In this document: in pieces, positions 45,905 through 54,325 of the stretch
Layout of the letters: every line of letters starts with the position of its first letter
How positions within the stretch are numbered: the stretch's first letter is position 1
IMG/VR virus record: IMGVR_UViG_3300049491_000539
Location: 1 to 56,874 of that record
From: a virus
Taxonomy: Duplodnaviria > Caudoviricetes
Direction: 5' to 3' (one strand)
Length of the DNA: 56,874 bases
Program-made: the position numbers and the translations under genes
Notes under the pieces: model-generated
What the model was told of the DNA's origin: nothing
What the model saw: only the letters and a program-made list of their open reading frames with translations
Databases searched by the model: none

Positions 45905-47302
45905 TCAGTCGGTATTTATGAAAAGTTGATAGAAATCGGCTGCAATGGTTGATTGAATATTACGGAAGCGGTTACGTATTGCTTGCGCGTAAGGAGCTTC
46001 CTTCTCAACCAAAATGCAGTTGAAGCCCTCATTGATACAGGCTTGAGCCGTCGTTCCTGAACCGCCAAACAGGTCCAGAACCGTGCCTCCTTTTGGTGTC
46101 ACCAGACGACATAAGTGACTTATCAAAGCGACGGGCTTCACAGTCGGATGACCTGTTCCGGCGCGGTCTTCCTTCGACGCCTTCTTCGAGTAGATCACTG
46201 GGTCAGCATCTTGCGGGAAGCAGTTGAAATATCGTGCTGCGCTGCCGTCGTCAGTGCGGCGTTGACCAGGCTTCATCGCGAAATTGGTTGAACCAACATC
46301 ATCATACCGGCGCTCGGCTGACTCTTCGTTGTCCCGTGTGCTCTTCTTCCCGCCACTGTTAGACTGAGGGAAGCACGCGAGCACTACATCGGACCCATCA
46401 TGAGCAAGACCTGCCGGCCAACGTCCTTTCTCGCTCGGTATAACGACTCGACGGTTTTCCTCACGCGGGAAAATGTTGCCACCGTTCCCGCCGTTGATCG
46501 ACTGACGCAGGTGCGGATTGTCAGCGAGGTTCCCGCCGTTCACAGTGATTGGTTCAACACGGCAGCCGTCAATGTTGATCGCGCCGACACCGTGTTTCAT
46601 GACGTTGGCGTAGCCGGTCTTCTCAGAGAACGGTTTCTGCGCCATGTAGATCGGCTCGACGGCCGGCTTCTCGGCCTGTGTGCCGTAATACCAACCATCC
46701 CACTTTTTGGCTTCCTCTGAGGTTGCCTCAGTGATCTCTTGAATCATACGGTCGCCGTTACCCCGACCATAGCTGTCTCCGCGCATGTCTGGACCAACGT
46801 CCGGATGGCCCAATACTTTGCGGTTCACACCAAGCGCCTTATCAATTCCTCGTGAAACAGAATGAGCTTTGGGCATCCCTGAGCCGAACACCCACGTCTT
46901 GAACGGGTGCATGATGAAACCGGCTGTCTCCATGGCGCACGCTTGCCAGTGACCGGTTCTCGGCGACGAGAATGCCAGCACGTAAGCGCCGGGTAACAAG
47001 ACCTGATAGACGAGCTTCCAGAATTCAGAGTCTTGAGTGATGCGTGTCCCGTCGTCATCGGCGGCATCCCACTTCTGACCCATGAAACCCTTCGACTGGC
47101 GCGTGAAGCGACCGTCAGTGCCATACTTGACAGCCGCGTAACCTTTCTTACCAAAGCGCTTGACGACGCTGTCAAGGAAATACGGTGGGTCAAACACAGC
47201 CGACTCAACCATTTCCCCGCGCTCGATCATAGCGACAAGAACGTCACGGCAATCAGCTTCATAGAAGGTCACACCACGCGCAATTAATTCAGGCCGCATC
47301 AC
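45905..47302 (-). CDS. N6-adenine/N4-cytosine DNA methyltransferase (beta class)
   Basis: DPPY, GFMGQKWD, GSGMPK, INIDGCRV, GRWPA, HPTVKP, LDLFGGSGTT. Confidence 0.92.
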   Translation of the reverse strand: MMRPELIARGVTFYEADCRDVLVAMIERGEMVESAVFDPPYFLDSVVKRFGKKGYAAVKYGTDGRFTRQSKGFMGQKWDAADDDGTRITQDSEFWKLVYQVLLPGAYVLAFSSPRTGHWQACAMETAGFIMHPFKTWVFGSGMPKAHSVSRGIDKALGVNRKVLGHPDVGPDMRGDSYGRGNGDRMIQEITEATSEEAKKWDGWYYGTQAEKPAVEPIYMAQKPFSEKTGYANVMKHGVGAINIDGCRVEPITVNGGNLADNPHLRQSINGGNGGNIFPREENRRVVIPSEKGRWPAGLAHDGSDVVLACFPQSNSGGKKSTRDNEESAERRYDDVGSTNFAMKPGQRRTDDGSAARYFNCFPQDADPVIYSKKASKEDRAGTGHPTVKPVALISHLCRLVTPKGGTVLDLFGGSGTTAQACINEGFNCILVEKEAPYAQAIRNRFRNIQSTIAADFYQLFINTD

Positions 47303-47502
47303 AAATCTCCGTCGTGGCGCATGGCCCGTAAAATTGATTTCCGCATGGCCTGTTCAGGGTCATGATCGTGAATGATGCCGGTGCTCTCGAACGGCGCGAG
47401 CCTGACTTCACATGAATAGGGTCCACCCTCCGCACCGATTAGCGTGATGCTACGAATGTGTTTCTTTGACCTGAGTTCGCGCAAAAGCTCGGAGATGTTC
47501 AT
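47299..47502 (-). CDS. Hypothetical protein
   Basis: MNISELLRELRS...; coupled overlaps on both sides. Confidence 0.55.
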   Translation of the reverse strand: MNISELLRELRSKKHIRSITLIGAEGGPYSCEVRLAPFESTGIIHDHDPEQAMRKSILRAMRHDGDL

Positions 47503-47603
47503 GATGCTGAGATGGTTGCGATAGCGATGTAGAGAACCGCCCAGATCATCCCGACCAATAAAAAAGCAGCGGTCACAAACAAGAGGAACGCGATTTGCTT
47601 CAT
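47499..47603 (-). CDS. 34-aa single-TM peptide (not in the ORF track)
   Basis: [34 protein letters not shown]; TGATG/ATGA coupling to both neighbours. Confidence 0.55.
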   Translation of the reverse strand: MKQIAFLLFVTAAFLLVGMIWAVLYIAIATISAS

Positions 47604-47881
47604 CACGCCATTCCCAACGCGTGCATATACAAATCAAGGATCGTCTCTTCCTCTTGACGAGTTGCCTGATCCTTCTTGCGCAGCCGAACGATGGTTCGCG
47701 CCGCCTTCGTGTCAAACCCCACCCCTTTCATCTCAGCGTAGACTTCCTTGATGTCATCGCTGATAGTCTTCTTGTCTTCCTCAAGCAGTTCGATGCGCTC
47801 GATGAAGGCGCGCAGCTGACCAGCCGCAACCGTGCTTGAATTCTCGCCGCCCATCAGGTCACTATCATCTCGATCTGACAT
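47603..47881 (-). CDS. gapR: GapR-like nucleoid-associated protein (DUF2312/UPF0335)
   Basis: [43 protein letters not shown]...EEE.ILDLY..ALGM. Confidence 0.9.
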   Translation of the reverse strand: MSDRDDSDLMGGENSSTVAAGQLRAFIERIELLEEDKKTISDDIKEVYAEMKGVGFDTKAARTIVRLRKKDQATRQEEETILDLYMHALGMA

Positions 47882-47908
47882 TGGTTGTCCCTTCACTGAA
47901 TAGTTGAT

Positions 47909-48499
47909 TCAACAGTCAAGCATTGCCTGACAAAGCTCGTTGTATGCGTCCATGAACATGCTTCTGGCGAGTTCAGGCATCCATCCGCCGATGTGGATTC
48001 CAAGAGGCTTTCCAGTGACACAGATATAGTCCTCAGTCGGGCGCATGAGCGCTGCCCATTCGTCGAAGATAATCCGGTCATCCACGTCCTTGATGAGATC
48101 ATTCATGATAAACGGAAGCTCGAACCGCTCCATAAACAAACGGCTGATCTGGTCGTCCTTACCACGGAAGTAGCTCATTCCGACTTGATGCTTGATGGGT
48201 CTGCAAACGTCGCCAATCACATATTCTGGACCGTCATGAAGCAGCGCAACCATCATCACGACCACATCGTCATGACTGAATTTTGCGGTCGCGCCGATGA
48301 GGTTTCTGATCTGCCGCTTGACCTGGCGGAAGACGTAAACGCTGTGCTCGGCTACTGAATAGAATTTGTTCGTCGCGCCGTTGTAACGGCAGATCATGGA
48401 AAGATGATGCGCCACGTCATCAATGACGATCATCTCGGCCGTCGGATTGATGAGGTCAAACTTGACGCCGCTACGGGTCATCATCCAATTCGTGCTCAT
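47909..48499 (-). CDS. HD-domain nucleotide phosphohydrolase (YfdR-like)
   Basis: DVAHHLS.ICRYNG...FYSVAEHS...LLHD..EY..GD..RPIK. Confidence 0.88.
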   Translation of the reverse strand: MSTNWMMTRSGVKFDLINPTAEMIVIDDVAHHLSMICRYNGATNKFYSVAEHSVYVFRQVKRQIRNLIGATAKFSHDDVVVMMVALLHDGPEYVIGDVCRPIKHQVGMSYFRGKDDQISRLFMERFELPFIMNDLIKDVDDRIIFDEWAALMRPTEDYICVTGKPLGIHIGGWMPELARSMFMDAYNELCQAMLDC

Positions 48500-49035
48500 G
48501 CCCTGATCCTCGGTTTTGAAATTTCAGTTCCGCGCTTGCGATGGTGACTGCAATAAGGTGAGCCTTCGTCTGACTGGTGACTGCAAAAGGCGTGTGGCTC
48601 CATCCTGGCAGCTTCTCCAACAGGCCATTTACAGGTCTTCTCAGTCAGATCGACGAGCGATAGGGCCAATATGTTGCGGTCATATTCTTCAGCGCTGACC
48701 TGAAAAACTACAATCTCCGTCGAAGGTGGCGCTGGCTGTTTCGTGGCGCTGTGGTTTCTGAAACCGCGATGAGCCAATGGGCGAAGACCGTCTGTAATTA
48801 CAGCGAGTTTTACTTCTCGCGTTTTTGTTGAACCAGGTGGTTTCTTTGCGCAAAACCCAATAGCCGCTAAAGTTTTGTTTCTCGCAACGATCCCAATGAT
48901 CGCGTTTCGAGTGGTCTCACGTCCTGCTGCATTGATCCTGGCTGCAATTCTGGACGCGCTTTGACCTTCACGCAGCAGCACTGCTATCTGGTCAATTTCG
49001 TCCTGCTGCCAGGCTTTGGCGGAAATTCTTTGCAT
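48496..49035 (-). CDS. gcrA: GcrA-like cell-cycle transcription regulator
   Basis: W..DEI......EGQSAS.IA...TRNAIIG...R; C-terminal LVDL....CKWPVGE...FC......SPYC..H. Confidence 0.85.
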   Translation of the reverse strand: MQRISAKAWQQDEIDQIAVLLREGQSASRIAARINAAGRETTRNAIIGIVARNKTLAAIGFCAKKPPGSTKTREVKLAVITDGLRPLAHRGFRNHSATKQPAPPSTEIVVFQVSAEEYDRNILALSLVDLTEKTCKWPVGEAARMEPHAFCSHQSDEGSPYCSHHRKRGTEISKPRIRA

Positions 49036-49063
49036 AAGTGATTACTCAACATTTAGTTGATTA

Positions 49064-49537
49064 TTAAGATGTGGAAATTGAGGAGTCAAGCTGACATAGA
49101 GCTTCAATAAAAGTTGATTGAGAAAGTTCTGATCTGGTTTGCGTCCACATCTGCAACGCCATAAAGACGGCTTCTTCCTTTCCCATTGCCAAACCGTGAT
49201 AAATGAGCAACGAACTCATTGACACTAGATTGATGGGTTTACTTTGAAGCTGAGAACATAACGTCGCAGATCGCTGTATGAGCGCGTAGGCGCGATGCCA
49301 GTGAATTGATCCGCCTCCAGTCACAAAGTAGCAAAGTTCGATCAGCGCCAGTGATTCCCATACCGGCCAATTGTTGTGAAAAGCGAAGTGGCTGGCTGCG
49401 TCGAGTAGTTCTTCCTGAGAGCGGAAGGCGTTCTTGGCAGCGAAGATTTCGTGATCCACTTTAGCCGTGCTGGCGAACGGATGAGCTTGTTTGATACGCT
49501 CGCGCTGGTCATAGAGATCATCAAGGTTGTCGTTCAT
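49064..49537 (-). CDS. Hypothetical protein
   Basis: 157-aa ORF in the leftward operon with coupled overlap. Confidence 0.6.
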   Translation of the reverse strand: MNDNLDDLYDQRERIKQAHPFASTAKVDHEIFAAKNAFRSQEELLDAASHFAFHNNWPVWESLALIELCYFVTGGGSIHWHRAYALIQRSATLCSQLQSKPINLVSMSSLLIYHGLAMGKEEAVFMALQMWTQTRSELSQSTFIEALCQLDSSISTS

Positions 49538-49770
49538 GTTGGATAACCTTCTGCCTTCATCTCTTCAATTATTCGACTGCCACGATGGGTGAGCGTCAAA
49601 GTCCATTTGTTGTGAACGATTTCCTCTTGAACCAAACACAAGGACACTAGACCGGCAACCATCCTGAGCGACACGAACGCGTTGCCCAAACGGCTGTTGT
49701 AACCAAGTTCAAACTTAAACAACTTCGTGTTGGCGATCTGGACAAGTGTTCGTCTTTCCGCTCCCGTCAT
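49534..49770 (-). CDS. Hypothetical protein, possible winged helix
   Basis: MTGAERRTL...LTLTHRG; start uncertain. Confidence 0.5.
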   Translation of the reverse strand: MTGAERRTLVQIANTKLFKFELGYNSRLGNAFVSLRMVAGLVSLCLVQEEIVHNKWTLTLTHRGSRIIEEMKAEGYPT

Positions 49771-50020
49771 CCCAGCTGCTGTGACACGCTTGACGAGACT
49801 CAATTTCCTTGTTCCGGCAAGCATGTGCTGCTGCCATAAAATCCATGATTTCAGATCGAAGCAAAAATCTGTTTTCAGTTGTGCTGGCGGGATGATGATT
49901 ATGAAGCCCGTGACGAAGTATCTTGCCGCATATTTGCACAACCTCTCCCGCCTCTTCCATGAGCATGGCAATACGCTCAGCAGAGGCCGGTGATAGTTTA
50001 TTAAAATGCTTCTCGGTCAT
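49715..50020 (-). CDS. MazG-like nucleotide pyrophosphohydrolase
   Basis: ERIAMLMEEAGEVVQ..GKILRHG...L..EI.D acidic motif pattern. Confidence 0.7.
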   Translation of the reverse strand: MTEKHFNKLSPASAERIAMLMEEAGEVVQICGKILRHGLHNHHPASTTENRFLLRSEIMDFMAAAHACRNKEIESRQACHSSWDDGSGKTNTCPDRQHEVV

Positions 50021-50256
50021 TTCTGTCGTTCCTCAAGTCTCTTATTGCGTTCAACACGCCGAGCGCGTTTCTGCTCAGCAGCTGACATTGCGGCAGCGTG
50101 GTCCCTAACTGGTGGAACAAATATTGTTGCTTTACGCGTCTGGCGTTTAGAGCATTTTTCCCGCTGTCCAATGTCATCCACTCGACGTGAGAAGGAGTGA
50201 GCACTGCCCATCACCAATGCCGCCATTGCAGCTGCAAACTTCCCAAACTGACTCAT
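50017..50256 (-). CDS. Hypothetical basic protein
   Basis: TAATG coupling; AAEQKRARRVERN. Confidence 0.55.
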   Translation of the reverse strand: MSQFGKFAAAMAALVMGSAHSFSRRVDDIGQREKCSKRQTRKATIFVPPVRDHAAAMSAAEQKRARRVERNKRLEERQK

Positions 50257-50714
50257 TACAATTCCTCGATGTCAAGCTTGTCGCGGATACCATCATAGTC
50301 CCAGACCTTCATGCGGATGATCACGAAGCCCATGTCGCGCTTGCTTTCATCAATCCGCGAAGCTTCAAAGGCCGAACGCAATTGGTCATGCAGGTTGACG
50401 CGTTTCTTCTTTTCGCCCTGCTCAATGTGCTTGCGGGTTACGCGCTCGCGGCCGGCGGATTTTGCTGCCTCAGAGGCTGCTGTGAGCGTTTCTACAGCTG
50501 CTTGGCTGTTTCCCGCCTTGGTGGCGACCTCGGCAGCCAGCGTGGCGGATACCTGGCCGCTGCGCACCATTGCTTTCAGTTCTTCGGGCTGCGCTTGTAG
50601 CGTCAACAGCTGGGTTATCCAATTTTGACTTTTTCCAGCCTTGGCGGCGATGTCCTTTTCGCTCCAACCGAGGTCGATCAGTTTCTTGAAGACCTTGCCT
50701 TGCTCGAAGGGTGA
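50256..50714 (-). pseudogene. 3' half of a ParB-like HTH protein with its N-terminus missing
   Basis: SPFEQGKVFKKLIDLGWSEKDIAAKAGKS..WI.QLL.L...V..G.VSATLA; no ParB N-domain and no proper start. Confidence 0.7.
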
Positions 50715-50832
50715 CTGGCCCAAGTTCCTTGTGTAGGATGCAGCGTATTCCGTCGAGCTTGGGTGAACACAGAACTGGAAACCGCAAGGTCTCAAGCTCG
50801 ACTGGTGATGCGAGCAAGGGCTTCATGGTCAT
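50709..50832 (-). pseudogene. 5' fragment of an ATP-dependent DNA ligase
   Basis: MKPLLA......LRFPVLCSPKLDGIRC contains ligase motif I (KxDGxR); similarity stops after GPVT. Confidence 0.75.
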
Positions 50833-50886
50833 TCCTGATATTCAACTTTCTATTGATATATCCCGTAAAACATGATTATCTGTCTG

Positions 50887-50901
50887 TCAACAAAAAGTTG
50901 A
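50887..50901 (-). promoter_or_regulatory. Operator palindrome overlapping a leftward TTGACA
   Basis: TCAACAAAAAGTTGA; second copy at 50842-50856. Confidence 0.65.
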
Positions 50902-51115
50902 TTATCCGCTCAAGAAAATTCATTTGGTAAAATGGCAAATCAAAATTTCAGATTCGTCCAAACGAATTCGTTTTTCAGAGTTAGTGTGATGTTATATTGT
51001 TACAATCACAGAGCTTGTAACCTACCTCAATTCGTGAGACGTTTTGAGGTAGCATGAGACTGATTGTGGTTTGACACAATTTGATACAACATGAGAAAAT
51101 TAGTTGGAGGATAAA

Positions 51116-51433
51116 ATGAACGGATGGGATAGAGACGAGAATGCCTATCAGCCCAACATCGGAATAGGCGGACGAATTGTGCTCTTGTTGATCGTGGGAT
51201 TAATTTTTGTCAGTTCGTTTGGATGGGTGTTTGTTTGTTTAGAGGTCGACGCGCATCTGCTGACAGACTTTCAAGATCGAAGTAGCTTTATCCTGGTTGC
51301 TGCCAATATCACCGACAATGAAGCGACCTTGAGAGAACACACCATAGTATGGCGACATTCCTACGTATCCGCCAAAACTGTTTCTCGCGTTGACCAATCC
51401 GCAGATCACCACAACTCCATCCAAATCCTTTGA
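51116..51433 (+). CDS. Possible small membrane protein convergently overlapping the lipoprotein gene
   Basis: Strong GGAGGA RBS, ATG 51116, TM segment IVLLLIVGLIFVSSFGWVFV; 3' part lies antisense to 51239-51622. Confidence 0.4.
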   Translation: MNGWDRDENAYQPNIGIGGRIVLLLIVGLIFVSSFGWVFVCLEVDAHLLTDFQDRSSFILVAANITDNEATLREHTIVWRHSYVSAKTVSRVDQSADHHNSIQIL

Positions 51434-51622
51434 TGCCGACATTGCGCCGAAACGTGCGCTATCTGGGTCTTTCAGACCTGCAAGCACAGCCGATTGAACT
51501 GTGCCTTTTTCAACTGCTGACAATGAATAGGCTGAGCCAGTCTTTAAGGGTGGTGTTGAGACTCTGGTTGAGCAGTTGCTCAGCGCGAGAACAGCCAACA
51601 AGGACAAATATACTGGCCTCAC
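51239..51622 (-). CDS. Lipoprotein (LKDPDSA / CG.VNARN family), moron-like
   Basis: Signal peptide with lipobox LSNC; LKDPDSARFG, ICGLVNARNSFGGYVG; GGAG RBS. Confidence 0.8.
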   Translation of the reverse strand: MRPVYLSLLAVLALSNCSTRVSTPPLKTGSAYSLSAVEKGTVQSAVLAGLKDPDSARFGAMSASKDLDGVVVICGLVNARNSFGGYVGMSPYYGVFSQGRFIVGDIGSNQDKATSILKVCQQMRVDL

Positions 51623-51932
51623 ATCAATTACTCCAAACCGACTGGTTGCAGATTAACGTGTAGGAGTTAAGGAATTTAACCAAAAAGGTTGCGCTTTCAC
51701 TTTGAATTTTTGGACGGCATTGATCACCAAAGTAGTTGAAAATTTGGACGGGACGACTCGCCTAAGTAGTGAGTGAACTCAGAAATTTTGGCCGCATATC
51801 TGAGCGTTTCAGATGTTAAACGAGCACAGTCGAAATTCAAAACGATTTACCCTCAAACCTATTTCTGAAATGGTAATGTAATAACGTAACAATTACATTT
51901 TATTGACAATCCGCCCATGACTCACGCCTATA

Positions 51933-51997
51933 GAAGCGTAGTCGCTAGGTCTGCCTTCACGCGGTTTGGTTGGGTTCAACTCTCAGCGGATGCTTCA
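51933..51997 (+). ncRNA. Candidate small structured RNA with a T-loop hairpin
   Basis: Closing stem GAAGCGT/ATGCTTC plus TCGCT/AGCGG; internal hairpins CTGC-CTTCAC-GCGG and GGG-TTCAACT-CTC; TTGACA at 51903. Confidence 0.4.
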
Positions 51998-52198
51998 TAT
52001 CCTGCCAGATCATGCGCGTTACCAGCCCGCACAAGAGGGCGTTCGCCGGTCAAACAAAAACCCGCCTAAGCTGGTAATTGTGCCTCTCAGCGTGAGCCTT
52101 GCTCTTACCATGGGGTTAGGCCAAATTGGCGACCGTCCAGTCGCGTCCTTCGAAGCGGCTCTATCGACTGGACGCGGGTTAATACGCTGATTCTCAGG

Positions 52199-52230
52199 CA
52201 AACAAAAACCCGCCTAAGCGGGTAATTGCG
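52199..52230 (-). terminator. Terminator of the leftward early operon; degenerate duplicate at 52051-52082
   Basis: Minus strand ACCCGC-TTAG-GCGGGT-TTTTGTTT. Confidence 0.8.
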
Positions 52231-52250
52231 TGAAGTGCGTTGGATTAGGA

Positions 52251-52421
52251 TCAATTAGGTTTTGCGTCCAATTCCTTGAGCTTCAAACCCCATTTGGTCA
52301 AATCATCAAATAGCTCGGCTTTCCGTTTCTCCAGCGGATCAATCTGCGCTTGAAGCCGGTTAATGTCAGCTTGTCGTTCGGCAATGACGAGTCGAATGTC
52401 TTCTTTGTCCATGCGGTTCAT
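52251..52421 (-). CDS. Hypothetical 56-aa coiled-coil protein (not in the ORF track)
   Basis: MNRMDKEDIRLVIAERQADINRLQAQIDPLEKRKAELFDDL... Confidence 0.55.
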   Translation of the reverse strand: MNRMDKEDIRLVIAERQADINRLQAQIDPLEKRKAELFDDLTKWGLKLKELDAKPN

Positions 52422-52433
52422 GACGTTTAACCT

Positions 52434-52682
52434 TCAATCCCAATCACTCACCAAATCCTTGCTGGTGAGCTCACCATCAAAATAACAATATTGCGCCTGG
52501 TCGTATCCGTTGGCGTCTGAACCAATCAAATAGATTGACCTTGGCCACAAATCATCATCCGGTATTTCACGGCTCATTTTTGACGCCTTCCGGCGTGTCG
52601 ACTGCAAAGAAAGCCCGGGTTTTAATTCGAGTGTTACCGTTCCAATTGGTGCTTTTTCATACTCAATGCGAAACTTGTGCAT
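52434..52682 (-). CDS. Hypothetical early protein
   Basis: GAGGG RBS, MHKFRIEY... Confidence 0.6.
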   Translation of the reverse strand: MHKFRIEYEKAPIGTVTLELKPGLSLQSTRRKASKMSREIPDDDLWPRSIYLIGSDANGYDQAQYCYFDGELTSKDLVSDWD

Positions 52683-52693
52683 GATTTTAACCC

Positions 52694-52828
52694 TCAATTC
52701 AACAGCGGCTTAAGCGCGGCCGTCACGATGATCAACAGAATAATGAAGCCGAAACTGGCGTCATTGGCCAGTGCTTGCACGATTGCAATGAAACCGAAAA
52801 TCCACAATAGCGGGGACAGTTTCACCAT
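52694..52828 (-). CDS. 44-aa two-TM membrane peptide (not in the ORF track)
   Basis: MVKLSPLLWIFGFIAIVQALANDASFGFIILLIIVTAALKPLLN; fills an operon gap. Confidence 0.55.
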   Translation of the reverse strand: MVKLSPLLWIFGFIAIVQALANDASFGFIILLIIVTAALKPLLN

Positions 52829-52830
52829 GA

Positions 52831-53193
52831 TTAAAGAATCTGCCAAACTTCATAACCGGCTTCCCGAATTCTGCGCTCCCATTCATAACCAGGACGTGAA
52901 TCTAGCGCCGCTTTGAAGGCGTCAATGTGAGCCTGATATTCGGGCGGAATGACAGCTGTAATCGCGGCAACAGCGGATTCACATGCAGCGCTTTGCTTGT
53001 TGTAACCGTAGCCACCCGCGTATGATCGCACCATTGTCGCACCTGAAACGTGAAAATAACAGTATATCCTTCCCGCCCCGTCGGCTGGAAACTTGAATGC
53101 AACAGTGGCGACCTTTTGGCCGTCCTTCACAATCACATATCCAGCCGAGTGTAGGAATGATTTATGGTAAAGATCATAGATGTTCGTTCTCAT
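52831..53193 (-). CDS. Hypothetical early phage protein
   Basis: AGGYGYNKQSAA motif; operon context. Confidence 0.7.
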   Translation of the reverse strand: MRTNIYDLYHKSFLHSAGYVIVKDGQKVATVAFKFPADGAGRIYCYFHVSGATMVRSYAGGYGYNKQSAACESAVAAITAVIPPEYQAHIDAFKAALDSRPGYEWERRIREAGYEVWQIL

Positions 53194-53948
53194 AATTGAG
53201 TCCTCACTGATAAGTTGATTGTTGAATATAGATCGGGACGGCTTGTTTCCAAAGAACGGGCAAATGATGTTGCCGCCATTTCCTTTTCGAGCTTGTTCAA
53301 CTCAGCACGCTTCATTGCCAGATCATCACAAACTTCTTGCCCAACTTCTAGGCAATATTTGTAGTCGCCAATGAAACCCCAACAGGATTCCGCGTGGTCA
53401 TCATCCAGCGTTGACAAGATGTAACCGTAAACTTCGCCGTCAAGAATTGACTGAACAATTGAGCAATCCGCATCGTCGCAAACATTACCAGCGTAAGCCG
53501 TGAACTCGGCTTCACGCCAAACACAATATATACGGCTGGAGTCGTTTGTGCGCATCAGCTTAACGCGCAAATCCCATAAGCCGAGGTGCTTCAAAATCCC
53601 GAAATACCGTGACTCTTCGCTCTTATAGAAGCGCCGGAATTCATCCGGATAGCACTCATTTTGGACGCCAAAACGCTTTGCCGTTTTGACTAGCTCGAAG
53701 TTGTTTTCGGCGCATAAACCCGCCAAAATGTCAGCACGCTTACCCTGGTCAAGAGCGCGGATTGTGTCGGCGCTTGGACATTCGTCCATGGCGTCATAAA
53801 GGACGCTGGAGCGTCCATACCGCTCAAAACTGATAACCGCCATTGGGCTGAAAAGATGATCAGAGATTGGCCGATATTCATCATCGACAACAACTTTACA
53901 AGTCACGTCAGAATTCTCGTAAGTCTCTACAACGTCATAATTAGACAT
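53190..53948 (-). CDS. Hypothetical early phage protein
   Basis: GEVYGY...ESCWGFIG motif; operon context. Confidence 0.7.
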   Translation of the reverse strand: MSNYDVVETYENSDVTCKVVVDDEYRPISDHLFSPMAVISFERYGRSSVLYDAMDECPSADTIRALDQGKRADILAGLCAENNFELVKTAKRFGVQNECYPDEFRRFYKSEESRYFGILKHLGLWDLRVKLMRTNDSSRIYCVWREAEFTAYAGNVCDDADCSIVQSILDGEVYGYILSTLDDDHAESCWGFIGDYKYCLEVGQEVCDDLAMKRAELNKLEKEMAATSFARSLETSRPDLYSTINLSVRTQL

Positions 53949-53974
53949 AGCTGCATTCTCTTTAGATGTTGATT

Positions 53975-54325
53975 TTATTGACCTGGTGCGAAATAGAAGC
54001 GGAAATATTCCGCCTTGTGAGATTGGCCGGCCGTCTCAGCTGCGCGGGCTATTTCTTCCCATGACATATCCGGCTTGTTCTCGAATTCACCCGTCAATCC
54101 GCGCAACCAATAGTCGCCAACGTCGGTAATGGGATTTTCAAGAAACACGCTGCAATTGTCACAATTTTGTGGATAGTCAGCTTCGCCGCCACCTTCCGAA
54201 TATGGACCTTGCGGGAACGTGTCAGAGTCGCCATCATCCTCAATACCGCTGCATTCACAGGAAAGCAGAAGATCATCCGCGCAATCTTCGCAGTATAGCG
54301 CTGCTTTGAACATGTAAGCTTTCAT
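53975..54325 (-). CDS. Hypothetical Cys-rich (CxxC...CxxC) early protein
   Basis: YCEDC, DSDTFPQGP, P.NCDNC..FLENP.T. Confidence 0.7.
   Translation of the reverse strand: MKAYMFKAALYCEDCADDLLLSCECSGIEDDGDSDTFPQGPYSEGGGEADYPQNCDNCSVFLENPITDVGDYWLRGLTGEFENKPDMSWEEIARAAETAGQSHKAEYFRFYFAPGQ

Noticed and set aside
45850-45905. CtrA boxes (TTAA-N7-TTAA) here and near 10222 and 51653
   Set aside because: Observed spacings are 9, 8, 10 and 5, not 7
47909-50020. dZ (2-aminoadenine) genome pathway from DatZ/MazZ-like genes
   Set aside because: No PurZ/adenylosuccinate synthetase-like gene is present
50256-50832. Programmed frameshift joining the ligase and ParB frames
   Set aside because: No slippery heptamer, and both domains are incomplete; a deletion explains the junction better
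51933-51997. Canonical or selenocysteine tRNA (TCA in a loop)
   Set aside because: No D arm, a 6-nt loop and wrong arm spacing; kept only as a candidate ncRNA
52010-52045. Twister ribozyme-like GCG..GTTACCAGCCCGC hairpin
   Set aside because: The loop deviates from the conserved CAAGC pattern and no pseudoknot partner could be found
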